From NCBI GenBank assembly GCA_014192545.1, contig BJHL01000001.1:294380-358379 (forward strand): 64,000 nt of DNA, given 5' to 3'. Positions 27,179 through 37,241 of the stretch are shown here, in pieces; the stretch's first letter is position 1; each line of letters opens with the position of its first letter. The notes under the pieces were generated by a model. It ran no database searches. It had not been told where the DNA came from and saw only the letters and a program-made list of their open reading frames with translations. The position numbers and the translations under genes are program-made. The stretch comes from Phycisphaerae bacterium. Its GTDB lineage: Bacteria > Planctomycetota > Phycisphaerae > Phycisphaerales > UBA1924.

Positions 27179-27242
27179 CGATAGCTCCGAGCAAATACTT
27201 GACAACACTGCGCGGGCTTTTCGGTGAGCCTACCTCAGGACA

Positions 27243-27743
27243 TCAAAACTGCTGACCGACCGCTTTGCACTCCATGCACACGCTACATGTAAAGACGTAG
27301 AAACTCGCGGCATCGTGCCACCAGTACTTAAACTCTGGCGGCGGCTCTGCGCAGATTCGGTTGTCATCGATCTGGCCCACAAAGTACATAGGTTTTTCAC
27401 AGCAGACAGGAATTTCTTCATCCTGAATGAAAGCTGGTACTCGCAACGCTGCTTTCTGTTCGTCTGATGCAACGGAGTTCGCACGAAATGCCTGACGCTT
27501 TTCGTCGTAAACACACAGGAGTGGCTCAAAGTCCCTGCACCAATCCACGCGGTTGTTCAGACCGATCGGCTTGATGACGAAACGATTCTGCTCGATGGCT
27601 CGCACGTTGATCGAAGACGCGAGCCGTCCCTTCACCTCAACGAATGAAGCATGAGAAGACTTGGGAATCGTCGGAACAAGCAACGGCACCGTCCACGCTC
27701 GCGCAATGCCATCCCAAAATGACGCAGGCAAGTCAAGGCCCAT
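27243..27743 (-). CDS. DUF1963 (YwqG-like) family protein
   Basis: The C-terminal signature CCEKPMYFVGQIDD ... WHDAASFYVFTCSVCMEC mirrors the YwqG family (C..C..M.FL.QI / WGD.G.LYFF.C..C). Confidence 0.5.
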   Translation of the reverse strand: MGLDLPASFWDGIARAWTVPLLVPTIPKSSHASFVEVKGRLASSINVRAIEQNRFVIKPIGLNNRVDWCRDFEPLLCVYDEKRQAFRANSVASDEQKAALRVPAFIQDEEIPVCCEKPMYFVGQIDDNRICAEPPPEFKYWWHDAASFYVFTCSVCMECKAVGQQF

Positions 27744-27752
27744 CTTCCCTCC

Positions 27753-29276
27753 TCAAAACTCCGCATTCTTCGGCGTCCGCGGGAACGGAATCACATCGCG
27801 CACGTTCTGCATGCCTGTGATAAACATCATCGCGCGTTCGAAGCCCAGGCCGAAGCCGGCGTGGGGGACGGTGCCGAAGCGGCGGAGGTCGCGGTACCAC
27901 CAGTATTCCTTGATGGGCAGGCCCATTTCGGTGATGCGAGCGTCGAGCACGTCGATGCGTTCCTCGCGTTGGCTGCCGCCGATGATTTCGCCCACGCCTG
28001 GCACGAGCACGTCCATCGCGGCGACGGTGTCTCCGGGCGCGCCGTCGGTGCCGGGGGCGTTGAGGCGCATGTAGAAGGCTTTGATCTGCTTGGGGTAGTT
28101 CATCAAGATGACCGGCTGCTTGAAGTGCTTTTCGGTCAGGTAGCGTTCGTGTTCGCTTTGCAGGTCGGTGCCCCACTTCACCGGGTACTCAAACTTCTCG
28201 CCCTTGGCGATTGCTTGCTCAAGAATCTTGATCGCTTCGGTGTAGGGCAGTCGGCGGAAGGGCGTCTTGAGGACGTGATCGAGCCGGGTGAGCAGGCCCT
28301 TCTCGATGCGCTCGTCGAAGAACTTCATGTCGTCGGCGCGTTCCGTGAGTGCGGCGTTGATGAGGAACTTGATGAAGTCTTCGGCAAGCTCGCTGTCGGC
28401 TTGCAAATCGGCGAAGGCGATCTCGGGTTCGATCATCCAGAACTCGGCGAGGTGGCGCGAGGTGTTGCTGTTTTCGGCTCGGAACGTGGGGCCAAAGGTG
28501 TAGACGCGCGACAACGCGCAGCAGTGCGTTTCGACGTTGAGCTGGCCGCTGACGGTGAGGTGTGATTCTTTGCCGAAGAAGTCGGTGCTGTGATCGACCT
28601 GGCCGTACGTCCATGCGGGCATGTTGGGCTTTTTGGAGAACTCTTCGCGCAGCTTCTTGCTCTCGGCGGATTCGTTCTCTGGCGACACGCGCGGCAGGGG
28701 GCGCATCATGTCGAGCGTGCTGACTTTGAACATGTTGCCCGCGCCCTCGCAGTCGCTGCCGGTGATGATGGGTGTGTGGACGTAGTAGAAGCCGCGTTCG
28801 TGATAGAAGCGGTGGATGGCCATGCTGAGGCAGTGCCGCATGCGAGCGACGGCGCCGAAGGTGTTGGTGCGGACACGCAAGTGGGCCTGCTCGCGCAGGT
28901 ATTCAAAGGTGTGCTGCTTGGGCTGAATGGGATATTGGTCAGGATCATCGACCCAGCCGATGACTTTGACTTCGCCGCCGGTGGCAACTTCGACTTGCAG
29001 TTCGTTGCCGCCTTTGGGCGTTTGAGCGATGACACCCGTCACTTCGACCGAGCAGTGCGTGGTGAGTTTGGTGACGTCGCTGGCGTAGTTGGGAATATCG
29101 CCCTTCACGACCGCTTGAATGGCGTCAAAGCATGTGCCGTCGTGAACCGCGACGAACGACAAGCCGCCTTCGGCTTTGCTGTCGCGGCGTGTGCGCACCC
29201 AACCTTTCACGGTCACGCGCGTGCCGACGGGGGATTTGGCAGGAGAAAGAGCGTCAACAACACGAAGCCAGGACAT
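27753..29276 (-). CDS. asnS: Asparaginyl-tRNA synthetase
   Basis: Class IIb: N-terminal OB fold, motif 2 [21 protein letters not shown], motif 3 [17 protein letters not shown] lies 8 nt upstream of the ATG at 29276. The upstream ORF extension was rejected. Confidence 0.9.
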   Translation of the reverse strand: MSWLRVVDALSPAKSPVGTRVTVKGWVRTRRDSKAEGGLSFVAVHDGTCFDAIQAVVKGDIPNYASDVTKLTTHCSVEVTGVIAQTPKGGNELQVEVATGGEVKVIGWVDDPDQYPIQPKQHTFEYLREQAHLRVRTNTFGAVARMRHCLSMAIHRFYHERGFYYVHTPIITGSDCEGAGNMFKVSTLDMMRPLPRVSPENESAESKKLREEFSKKPNMPAWTYGQVDHSTDFFGKESHLTVSGQLNVETHCCALSRVYTFGPTFRAENSNTSRHLAEFWMIEPEIAFADLQADSELAEDFIKFLINAALTERADDMKFFDERIEKGLLTRLDHVLKTPFRRLPYTEAIKILEQAIAKGEKFEYPVKWGTDLQSEHERYLTEKHFKQPVILMNYPKQIKAFYMRLNAPGTDGAPGDTVAAMDVLVPGVGEIIGGSQREERIDVLDARITEMGLPIKEYWWYRDLRRFGTVPHAGFGLGFERAMMFITGMQNVRDVIPFPRTPKNAEF

Positions 29277-29305
29277 GCGGAAGCCTCCGGAAAATGGAGG
29301 CAATT

Positions 29306-30118
29306 CTAAGGGGGTTGGGGGGCGGCGGATGCGACGGCTACGGCGCATTCGGGGCAGCAGTTGCTCGCCAGGCCCGACACGTCGTAAGCGCACGCTGAAC
29401 ATGCGGCGGAATCGCGACGCATCACAATAACGACCCACCGAACACAGAGCGTGATGAGGCCCAGAAGAGCAAGTGGTAAGCCACCCAGAATACTGAAAAA
29501 AAGCAAGAGACGAGAAAACTGCGGAGCTTCATCTTGGTTGGCGTAAGGCGCGATGAACGAGCGGGCATGTTCAATCTGCCAACCAGTTGGCGATTGGGAC
29601 AAGATCGCTTCAACCATCCGACCGTGGTAGATGTCAAGACCGTACAACGTGAGGAACACGCCAACCAGGTTTTCATCGTCATGCGAGGTGAAGTGAATCA
29701 CCGCACCTTCAAAGGACGTCGAAACATTCGGATCAAAGTCCTTGTGCGAAAGAATGCGGTGCTGGACGAGCGTGTCAAACAAGCCGTCAATGTTCGGGCG
29801 AGACGATTCGTCCGCAACGAGCAACGAGTTGATGGTCGCGCCGCCGTAATGACTAAGGAAGCTCTCGTAGCCATTGTCGTTCCCGGTCAGCGGATACGAA
29901 GCACTCGGATACGGAGATTCGAGTGCAAGCTGGGGAGCAGAGATAGAAACAACGCCTCGCTGGGTGTAGACGATGCGAGCGTGTTGGATGCTTTTTGGCG
30001 CGACCAATCGGGCGTCTGGACGAGATGGCTGGATGAAGTAGCCATACGTGACGCGTGAGACAATCGCTGCTGCCACTAGCGGTCCCAAGATACCAAGTGC
30101 CAGCAGAATCCAGCCCAT
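29306..30118 (-). CDS. Bitopic membrane protein with a C-terminal CxxC...CPEC zinc ribbon (paralog C)
   Basis: N-terminal [20 protein letters not shown] and C-terminal [31 protein letters not shown], then [28 protein letters not shown]. Alternative start at 30181. The annotated ORF to 30544 overlaps paralog B and was rejected. Confidence 0.55.
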   Translation of the reverse strand: MGWILLALGILGPLVAAAIVSRVTYGYFIQPSRPDARLVAPKSIQHARIVYTQRGVVSISAPQLALESPYPSASYPLTGNDNGYESFLSHYGGATINSLLVADESSRPNIDGLFDTLVQHRILSHKDFDPNVSTSFEGAVIHFTSHDDENLVGVFLTLYGLDIYHGRMVEAILSQSPTGWQIEHARSFIAPYANQDEAPQFSRLLLFFSILGGLPLALLGLITLCVRWVVIVMRRDSAACSACAYDVSGLASNCCPECAVAVASAAPQPP

Positions 30119-30161
30119 GACCCACGCTCTCTTTGCGGGTCGATCCCTTGTCGATGCTGTG

Positions 30162-31001
30162 TCATGAGCCCGTCGCGCCATTGCCCAATTGTACAATGAA
30201 AGTAAATGCCATGCCGCACTCTGGACACACACCCGCCGCCGCGCCGCGAAGGTCGTATGCGCAGTACACGCACTGTGACGCGGCTGCCCGCTTGGCGATG
30301 ATGCGTCGGCGGGATGCAAGTACGCCCGCACCGGCGAGGCAGAAAGTCGGCAACAACACGACGGTGAGCAAGAGCCAGACTTGCGGGAAGGCGATGTTTT
30401 CGTCGGGTTTGATGCTGCGGAAGCCCAACGAGATTGAACGAAGGGAAGTCCACGCACCGTCGCGGCGCGCAAGCGTGATTTCGTGCGTGCGGATGGGCCG
30501 GGCTCGTGTGCGATCTTCGATGAGCAGCAACGTGCGTGGTTCACCCGCAGACGTCACATAGCCCACGCCGTAGCCATGCAGTTCGCCGGAGGTTATCAGC
30601 GGCGCGTCCCACGGCATCGCGAGTTCGCCGGTTGGTTGCACCGATCGCAAAGGCAGATCGTTGAACTGATCGACAGTCAGTTTCTGCCACAGACGATCAA
30701 CCGAAGTCCAATATGGGCTTTCCCGCGCGAGCGCCGCGTGCGCATCGGTCGCATCACGCTTGCCCCACATCACAACGCGAGGTGCTTGGGCAGAACCCTC
30801 GATTGCATACATCGCCGTTATCTTGCCGCCGTCGGTCAGCGAGGGCTCAATCGCAGGCGGAACGATGAGAAAGCCGCACGTAACAAGATTGTGCACAGCC
30901 GCGATAGCAAGCGGCACGAGCAGCCCCGCACCCAGCAGCGTGCAGCCCGACACATACCTCGCTGGGAGTGGTCTGCGCGGGTTCTGAGGTGCGGTGCTCA
31001 T
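30162..31001 (-). CDS. Bitopic membrane protein with a C-terminal CxxC...CPEC zinc ribbon (paralog B)
   Basis: N-terminal TM LLGAGLLVPLAIAAV and C-terminal TM VWLLLTVVLLPTFCLAGAGVL, then RRRIIAKRAAASQCVYCAYDLRGAAAGVCPECGMAF. Confidence 0.6.
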   Translation of the reverse strand: MSTAPQNPRRPLPARYVSGCTLLGAGLLVPLAIAAVHNLVTCGFLIVPPAIEPSLTDGGKITAMYAIEGSAQAPRVVMWGKRDATDAHAALARESPYWTSVDRLWQKLTVDQFNDLPLRSVQPTGELAMPWDAPLITSGELHGYGVGYVTSAGEPRTLLLIEDRTRARPIRTHEITLARRDGAWTSLRSISLGFRSIKPDENIAFPQVWLLLTVVLLPTFCLAGAGVLASRRRIIAKRAAASQCVYCAYDLRGAAAGVCPECGMAFTFIVQLGNGATGS

Positions 31002-31159
31002 GCTTGCGACTTGCGAAGGAACGTTTGTGTGTAGCTGCTCATCGCAAGTTCACGCGAACTTTACGGCAATTGCTTGCTGAAACCCGATACTCCCGTGTCC
31101 GAATCACTCGCGTCGGGCGATCGCCGGTTCCTGCGATCGCCGGCAGGGAGGGCTTGATC

Positions 31160-32842
31160 ATGCTTGGAACGTTCATTCTGATTCTTTCGCTCATTGTCGC
31201 GCTGCTGTTTGTTGTCGCGGCGTTCCGCTGGCAAGCGAAGTCGGCGAAGACGGCAGCACTGGTGCTTGCTGCGCTGTCGCTGGTCCTCGGCATCTCGTTT
31301 TGCAGCGTGGTGTATGTGCCGTCTGACCGAGTGGGTGTTGTGAACAAGAACTGGTTTGGCCCGTCGCTGACGAACGGCAAGATCATCGCCGTGAATGGCG
31401 AAATGGGTCCGCAAGCCGACACGCTGCCCCCTGGTGTTCACTTTTGGTATTGGCCGTTCATCTATAACGTCAGCAATCAGCCGCTGACGATGGTCGAGAG
31501 CGGGAAGATCGGCATCATCGAAACCACGGACGGCGCGCCGCTGACAGGCGACCAGCTTTTCGCGCCCGCCTGGAACGAAGCCACGTTTCAGCAAATGCAG
31601 GATGCTCGCTACTTCTTGACGACCGGCAAGGGCTCGAAGGGCAAGCAGGTGAGCGTGCTGCCGCCTGGCACGTACCGGCTGAATCCGCTGCTGTACCGCG
31701 TGAAAATGGTTGACCAGACTGAGATTTTGCAAGGCGAAGTGGGAGTCGTGAAGTCCAACTTTGGGCTCGCAGGAACGACACTGGTTGACGCGACCACCAA
31801 CGACGAAATCACTCCCGAGCAAGCCGCGAAGCTGCCCGATGAACGCGTGCTTTCGTTCGCGAAAGAGGGCGAGATGGGCATTCGCCGGGAAGTGCTCAAA
31901 CCCGGCAAGTATCCCATCAACACCGATGCCTACTCGGTCATTGAGTTGTTCAGCAGCGTGATGGTCGCGCACTACACGGCGGCACACGCGGCCAGTGGTG
32001 CGGTGCCACCTTCAGTTCCTCGCAGTGGCGCGATGCAAGACCCCGTTGCGGAAGAACGCGAGATTCGCGTGACAACCAGCGACGGGTTCAAGTTCCCGGT
32101 TGATGTGCGCGTGGAATATGTGATTGAAGCCGTGAACGCGCCGGTGGTCGTCGCGAGTCTGGGCGATGACGAAGGTGAACGCTTCCGCAACGTGATGAAC
32201 AGCGCGGTACGTGCGATTTTCCGTAATAACGCCGAGAAAGTGCGAGCCCTTGACTACGTGCAGCAACGCAGCCTGCAGGAGAGTCAGTCGCTGGTAATGC
32301 TCACTGAACAAATGTCGCGGTTCGGCGTGAAAGTTACTGCGGTGCGCATTGGTGAAGTGGGCGACGAGGCGAGCCTGGGCAGTTTGCTCAAGACGCAGAC
32401 TGACCGCGAACTTGCGAAACAAGAGCAGCAGACGTTCCAAGAGCAGCAAAAGGCTGCCGAGCAAAAGAAGCAACTTAGTCGCAGCCAGCAGGAAAGCGAA
32501 GAAGAACGCAAGCTCGCAACCGCCGCCTACGGCGTGAAAATCGCGGGTGAAGAACAAAAACGCCGCATCGCCGAAGCTGAGGGCGAAGCGCAGGCGATCA
32601 AGATCAAGGCGCTGGCACAAGCCGACGCATACAAGCAGATTGCCGAACAGATCGGCAAGAGCAACGCGGCATTGATCGAGATACTCAAGATCGTGGGCGA
32701 GCGCAACATTCAGATCACGCCGCGAATCATGGTGCAGGGCGAAGGTTCGCACAGCGGCGCAACGACGGCACTCATAGGCACGATGCTTGATCGCATGGTG
32801 ACAGATGAAGACAAGCAGACACCAGCCGCACCCAAGAAGTAA
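31160..32842 (+). CDS. SPFH/band-7 (flotillin/YqiK-like) membrane protein with a long coiled-coil tail
   Basis: N-terminal TM MLGTFILILSLIVALLFVVAAF, an SPFH core, and an E/K/Q-rich heptad region (QEQQKAAEQKKQLSRSQQESEEERK...). GGGAGGG lies upstream of the ATG at 31160. Confidence 0.7.
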   Translation: MLGTFILILSLIVALLFVVAAFRWQAKSAKTAALVLAALSLVLGISFCSVVYVPSDRVGVVNKNWFGPSLTNGKIIAVNGEMGPQADTLPPGVHFWYWPFIYNVSNQPLTMVESGKIGIIETTDGAPLTGDQLFAPAWNEATFQQMQDARYFLTTGKGSKGKQVSVLPPGTYRLNPLLYRVKMVDQTEILQGEVGVVKSNFGLAGTTLVDATTNDEITPEQAAKLPDERVLSFAKEGEMGIRREVLKPGKYPINTDAYSVIELFSSVMVAHYTAAHAASGAVPPSVPRSGAMQDPVAEEREIRVTTSDGFKFPVDVRVEYVIEAVNAPVVVASLGDDEGERFRNVMNSAVRAIFRNNAEKVRALDYVQQRSLQESQSLVMLTEQMSRFGVKVTAVRIGEVGDEASLGSLLKTQTDRELAKQEQQTFQEQQKAAEQKKQLSRSQQESEEERKLATAAYGVKIAGEEQKRRIAEAEGEAQAIKIKALAQADAYKQIAEQIGKSNAALIEILKIVGERNIQITPRIMVQGEGSHSGATTALIGTMLDRMVTDEDKQTPAAPKK

Positions 32843-32862
32843 TCGGCTTGTTTAGCACAACT

Positions 32863-33939
32863 TCACGCTACGTCCCACGCGTCACGAGCCGGCTTGTGAC
32901 GCGTGTTTGTTTTGATGACGCGCGTGAGCTGGTCACCAAAGCGGTCGGCGATGATGCGGACGGTTTCAATCGTGTTGTCGTCAAAAGGCTGGCGTTTATC
33001 GCGGAAAATCGCGAGAACGGCGATGCATTCGCCATCGCTTGCAGCGCTGTGAACCGCAAGCGTGCTCTCCGCAACGAAGCCGGTCTGCTCGCCTATGAGG
33101 TGAGGCGACTTGCCGCCATCAGCGATGATGTGCAGGCCCGGGCGATGCTCGAACGCTGGCGCGAGGGCGTGACAAAGGTCTTCGAGCATGTGCTGGGCCG
33201 CATCGCGCGGGCAGTCGTAATTCACGTACGCACCCAGCGTGAAGTCGCCGCATGAACTGGGCAGGAAAATCGCAGCGTTCACCGCGCCAACTTTGCGAAG
33301 CATGAATTCAAGCGTCGTGCGCAGCAGGCTTTCAACATCCAGTTCCAGCCGTAGCAGCGTTTGCACTTCGGTTATGAGCTGTGCAGTGCGAATCTGATGG
33401 CCGAACTGATCCGCAACAACGCGGTAGCCGTTCGCGAGGCTTTCGCATACATCCCCCACTTGCTGCACGCTGTCTTGGTTGGTCGTCAGTTGCCGCTTGA
33501 GATCACGAATGCGCAGGGCTCGCTTTGCGCTGAGCGCGCGAAGCTTGCGTGCATCGCGAGTCTTCGCCGCTGCAAGCAGCAGCTGCTTCGATAGTTCATG
33601 CGTCGTGACCGGCAGTTCAAGAATGTCCGCAACGCCCTGCTGCATGCAATAGCTTGCAAGATCGATGCTGCCTCGCTCAACAATCGCGATTATCGCAATA
33701 TCAGGATGAGTCGTCCGAACCTGCGCGATGCGATCGCGCAGCGCAGCACTGTCAGCAGCACCGACTACGACGCCGATGTCGATGTTGCGAGCATCCGTTC
33801 GCACAAGCGAGCAATGGACGCTGACGAGCAACTGCTCGACCGACGCCAGCGTGCGACCCGAGCAGCCCAGCACCATGCAGCGCAGGCTACCCGGCTGGTG
33901 CGAAACATGAGGCTCAGGTTGGTCGCTCTTGCGTGTCAT
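32863..33939 (-). CDS. Degenerate receiver (pseudo-REC) + coiled-coil + GAF-like domain protein
   Basis: The REC-like N-terminus lacks the DD pair (LRCMVLGCSG) but keeps the C-terminal REC half (IAIIAIVERGSIDLASYCMQQGVADILELP). The C-terminal region is GAF-like. The start at 33939 has no obvious SD. Confidence 0.45.
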   Translation of the reverse strand: MTRKSDQPEPHVSHQPGSLRCMVLGCSGRTLASVEQLLVSVHCSLVRTDARNIDIGVVVGAADSAALRDRIAQVRTTHPDIAIIAIVERGSIDLASYCMQQGVADILELPVTTHELSKQLLLAAAKTRDARKLRALSAKRALRIRDLKRQLTTNQDSVQQVGDVCESLANGYRVVADQFGHQIRTAQLITEVQTLLRLELDVESLLRTTLEFMLRKVGAVNAAIFLPSSCGDFTLGAYVNYDCPRDAAQHMLEDLCHALAPAFEHRPGLHIIADGGKSPHLIGEQTGFVAESTLAVHSAASDGECIAVLAIFRDKRQPFDDNTIETVRIIADRFGDQLTRVIKTNTRHKPARDAWDVA

Positions 33940-34301
33940 GCGTGTCACGATTGGTTCAGTCAATAACTCAAAGCTCTGCCGCTCCCGAGCGGGCAGTCCT
34001 AAGGCCCTGAAGCATCGACCCGCACACCCTGCGACTTCACGCCAGACGGCATAATCGGTGCGTTTCCGAACGTGTACCGCGCACACGAGGCCGGAACTGC
34101 GCGGGATACGCGATGCAAGACGCCGCAACCCACCCGCTCCACGGGGAAATCTGGCAGCCTTGACCTATACTCCCTTTCGAGCGTTCGCGGCATGCAATTT
34201 GTGATGCAAGCTGGCCCGGTGATAGGCTTTAGTTTGGCCTTCTCGCCCCGTGGCTGTCTCTGTGTTAACGCCGCAACGACTGACTTCGCAAGGATTTCGC
34301 A

Positions 34302-36218
34302 ATGACCGCCACCGCCTCCCAGAACAAACCCGCCACGCCAGTCAATGACGTGCCGCGCAACCCGACGATTCGTAACGTCGCGATTATCGCCCACGTTGAC
34401 CATGGCAAAACCACGCTGGTGGACAACCTGCTCAAGCAGTCGGGCAACTTCCGCTCGGGCGAACTCGAGAAGCTCGAAGGCGGCCAGCACGGCCTCATCA
34501 TGGACAGCAACCCGCTCGAACGCGAGCGTGGCATCACCATCCTTGCGAAGAACTGCGCGGTGAGCTATCACTCGCTGGCGGGCAAGGATTACCGCATCAA
34601 CATTCTCGATACGCCAGGCCACGCCGATTTCGGTGGCGAAGTGGAACGCGTGCTGCGCATGGCCGACGGCGTACTACTGCTGGTGGACAGCAGCGAAGGC
34701 GTGATGCCCCAGACCAAGTTTGTGCTAGGCAAGGCTCTGGAACTGGGTCTGCGTCCGGTGGTTGTGGTGAACAAGGTTGATCGCCAGGACCAGCGCATCG
34801 AAGGCGTGCTGGGCGAAGTGTTTGATCTGTTCGTTGACCTTGGTGCCGATGATCTGGCACTTGATTTCCCGACGATCTACGCGGTTGGTCGCGACGGCTG
34901 GTGCACATCGCAGTGGCCCATTCCTGACCCCAAGCCCACCACACTGCGCGACATTTTTGAAGCCATCGTGCGCGAAGTGCCGGCTCCGCCCGCCGACACG
35001 AGCAAGCCCTTGCAACTGCTCGTGACGAACATCGACTATAACGACTACGTCGGCCGCATCGGCATCGGTCGCATCTTCAGCGGCACCATCAAGGCTGGCC
35101 AGCAAGTGACCGTCATGAAGCGCGACGGCGCTCTGGTGCAGACCCGCGTGCAGCAGTTGCTGCAGTTTGTGGGCCTCAAGCGTGCGGAAGTTGAAAGCGT
35201 GACGGCGGGCGACTTGTGCGCCATCGTCGGGCTTGAAAGCGTGGACATCGGCGACACTATCGCCGACCCCGCAAGCCCGGTGCAGTTGCCGCCCATTCGC
35301 GTGGAAGAGCCGACGATGTCGATGCTTTTCCGCGTCAACGACTCGCCATTTGCGGGCCAAGAAGGTGAATACGTCACCAGCCGGCAGATCCGCGAGCGGT
35401 TGTTCAAGGAACTGCAACGCAACCCGTCGATGCGTGTGGAACAAGGCCGCAGCGCGGACGAGTTCATGGTCGCAGGTCGCGGCGTGCTGAGCCTGGGCAT
35501 CTTGATTGAAAACATGCGTCGCGAAGGCTTTGAACTGAGCGTGGGCAAGCCTGAAGTCATCATCAAAGAGATCGATGGCGTGAAGAGCGAACCGGTTGAA
35601 GAACTGGTCGTTGACTGCCCCAACGAGTTTGTCGGTTCATGCATGGAATTGGTGGGCGGCCGCAAAGGCGAACTGAAGAAGATGGAACCTCGCGGCGACA
35701 GCGTCACGCACATGCTCTTTGAAATCCCATCGCGTGCACTCATCGGCCTGCGCGGCAAGATGCTTACCGCAACGCAAGGCCAAGCCTTGATGCACCACTC
35801 GTTCCTCAAGTTCGTGCCGTTCATGGGCGAGTTTGCCCGCCGCAAGTTTGGCGTGCTCATCAGCCTCGAAACCGCGACGATCACCACGTACGCCCTCGAA
35901 GGCCTCGCCGATCGCGGCGTGATGTTTGTCGAGCCGGGCGACAAGGTGTACGCGGGTCAAGTCGTAGGCGAACACAATCGCGACAACGACCTGACCATCA
36001 ACTGCACGCGTCTTAAGCACCTGACCAACTTCCGCGCAGCCAGCAAGGAAGCAACAGTTGTGCTCAAGGCCCCGCGCAAGATGAGCCTCGAGGGCTGCCT
36101 CGAGTACATCGAAGATGACGAGAGCGTGGAAGTGACGCCCAAGACTGTGCGCATCCGCAAGAAGTTGCTGAACGAGAACGAACGCAAGCGCAGCGATCGC
36201 TCACGCGGCGACGAGTAA
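34302..36218 (+). CDS. typA: Translational GTPase TypA/BipA
   Basis: G1 [10 protein letters not shown]3 DTPGHADF, G4 NKVD, then the EF-G-like domains II-V and the BipA C-terminal domain. Confidence 0.9.
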   Translation: MTATASQNKPATPVNDVPRNPTIRNVAIIAHVDHGKTTLVDNLLKQSGNFRSGELEKLEGGQHGLIMDSNPLERERGITILAKNCAVSYHSLAGKDYRINILDTPGHADFGGEVERVLRMADGVLLLVDSSEGVMPQTKFVLGKALELGLRPVVVVNKVDRQDQRIEGVLGEVFDLFVDLGADDLALDFPTIYAVGRDGWCTSQWPIPDPKPTTLRDIFEAIVREVPAPPADTSKPLQLLVTNIDYNDYVGRIGIGRIFSGTIKAGQQVTVMKRDGALVQTRVQQLLQFVGLKRAEVESVTAGDLCAIVGLESVDIGDTIADPASPVQLPPIRVEEPTMSMLFRVNDSPFAGQEGEYVTSRQIRERLFKELQRNPSMRVEQGRSADEFMVAGRGVLSLGILIENMRREGFELSVGKPEVIIKEIDGVKSEPVEELVVDCPNEFVGSCMELVGGRKGELKKMEPRGDSVTHMLFEIPSRALIGLRGKMLTATQGQALMHHSFLKFVPFMGEFARRKFGVLISLETATITTYALEGLADRGVMFVEPGDKVYAGQVVGEHNRDNDLTINCTRLKHLTNFRAASKEATVVLKAPRKMSLEGCLEYIEDDESVEVTPKTVRIRKKLLNENERKRSDRSRGDE

Positions 36219-36250
36219 GTCAGCGGTCATGCGAGTCGATTGACTTTACA

Positions 36251-36646
36251 TCAAGTCGCTCGCTGCGACCGGCGAATCGGCAGCAGTTGATGCAGACGCG
36301 GCTCGCGCAGGAACAAGCTCAGCCAGAGCAACACGCCCAGAAGCACGGGAATAATCCACGCGTCGCCGATGCGCACGTGCGTTGCGGTTGCGCTGCCGAG
36401 ATAGCCGGTAAGCAACACGGCTCCGAGCATACTCGTGCGCGGGATGAGATACAGCACGGTACATGTGATTTCGATCACTCCAAGCGTGTGCATCTACGAC
36501 ATCTTTAAGCTGATTTTCTCGATTTTTTCTTCCATGCCAGCAGGCTGCAGGAACTTTCCAGCGACACTAAACAGCAGCAGACCCGCGGCCGGAGCGGCGA
36601 TGATCCATCCAGTGATACGTTCGGCTTTGGTGGGCTTTGTGATCAT
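36251..36646 (-). pseudogene. DoxX-like membrane protein gene interrupted by a single in-frame TAG (amber) codon at 36494-36496
   Basis: MITKPTKAERITGWIIAAPAAGLLLFSVAGKFLQPAGMEEKIEKISLKMS-TAG-MHTLGVIEITCTVLYLIPRTSMLGAVLLTGYLGSATATHV is a contiguous DoxX-like fold in one frame. The stop sits at a position usually occupied by W (TGG to TAG would be a single substitution). Confidence 0.55.
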
Positions 36647-36723
36647 CACGGACGGTACGCGGGAATGACGAATCGACTTACTGACGTGTCAACTCACGAT
36701 CCCCTTCCTTCGCGAGGTCCGGC

Positions 36724-37086
36724 TTACGCGTCGTCTTCTTCTCCATCATCAGGATCGATAACCGGCGCCGCTGGTGCGGGCCTGTGCGCAAGTTCAATTG
36801 CATCATGCGAGAGCAACGCGGCATGGGCAATAGCCGCTGGGACTGATGTATCTTCACGAATCTTGGCGAGCACGTCTCGGGCCGGAAGAAATGCGAGAGC
36901 CGCGAGCCCCTTCGCGATTGTGCTGAAGCATCGCTCGTCTCGCTCAGTCGCGATGCGTGCAACGAGTGCATGCAGACCTTCGGCGTGCGCGTCACGCAGT
37001 AAGTCCATCGCTGCAATGCGTCGCACCGCAGGACGCGGATCGGCAAGGCGCGAAGGAATTGGTGATGATGATTGCAAGTTTGCCAT
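36724..37086 (-). CDS. Small HEAT/PBS-lyase-repeat protein (hypothetical)
   Basis: The paired-helix pattern PAVRRIAAMDLL ... DERCFSTIAKGLAAL is HEAT-repeat-like. No SD. The overlapping alternative frame 36678-37094 was rejected. Confidence 0.35.
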   Translation of the reverse strand: MANLQSSSPIPSRLADPRPAVRRIAAMDLLRDAHAEGLHALVARIATERDERCFSTIAKGLAALAFLPARDVLAKIREDTSVPAAIAHAALLSHDAIELAHRPAPAAPVIDPDDGEEDDA

Positions 37087-37241
37087 GACGTCAAGTAATT
37101 GAACGCAGCCTGCGCGAGCCGCGAGATTACAAAAACAGAATCGGCGGCGAGCTTGTGATGCGTGGCACCGTCTGCTCTCCGCCGATAGTTGATGCTCGTT
37201 GTACGACGTTGATACTCGTTCGGTTCACTGCTGGCAAGCGG

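Noticed and set aside
29306-30544. 412-aa version of paralog C
   Set aside because: The N-terminal 120 to 140 codons overlap the 3' end of paralog B and are Ser/Cys/Arg-rich. The conserved architecture begins at MGWILLALG (30118) or MARRAHD (30181).
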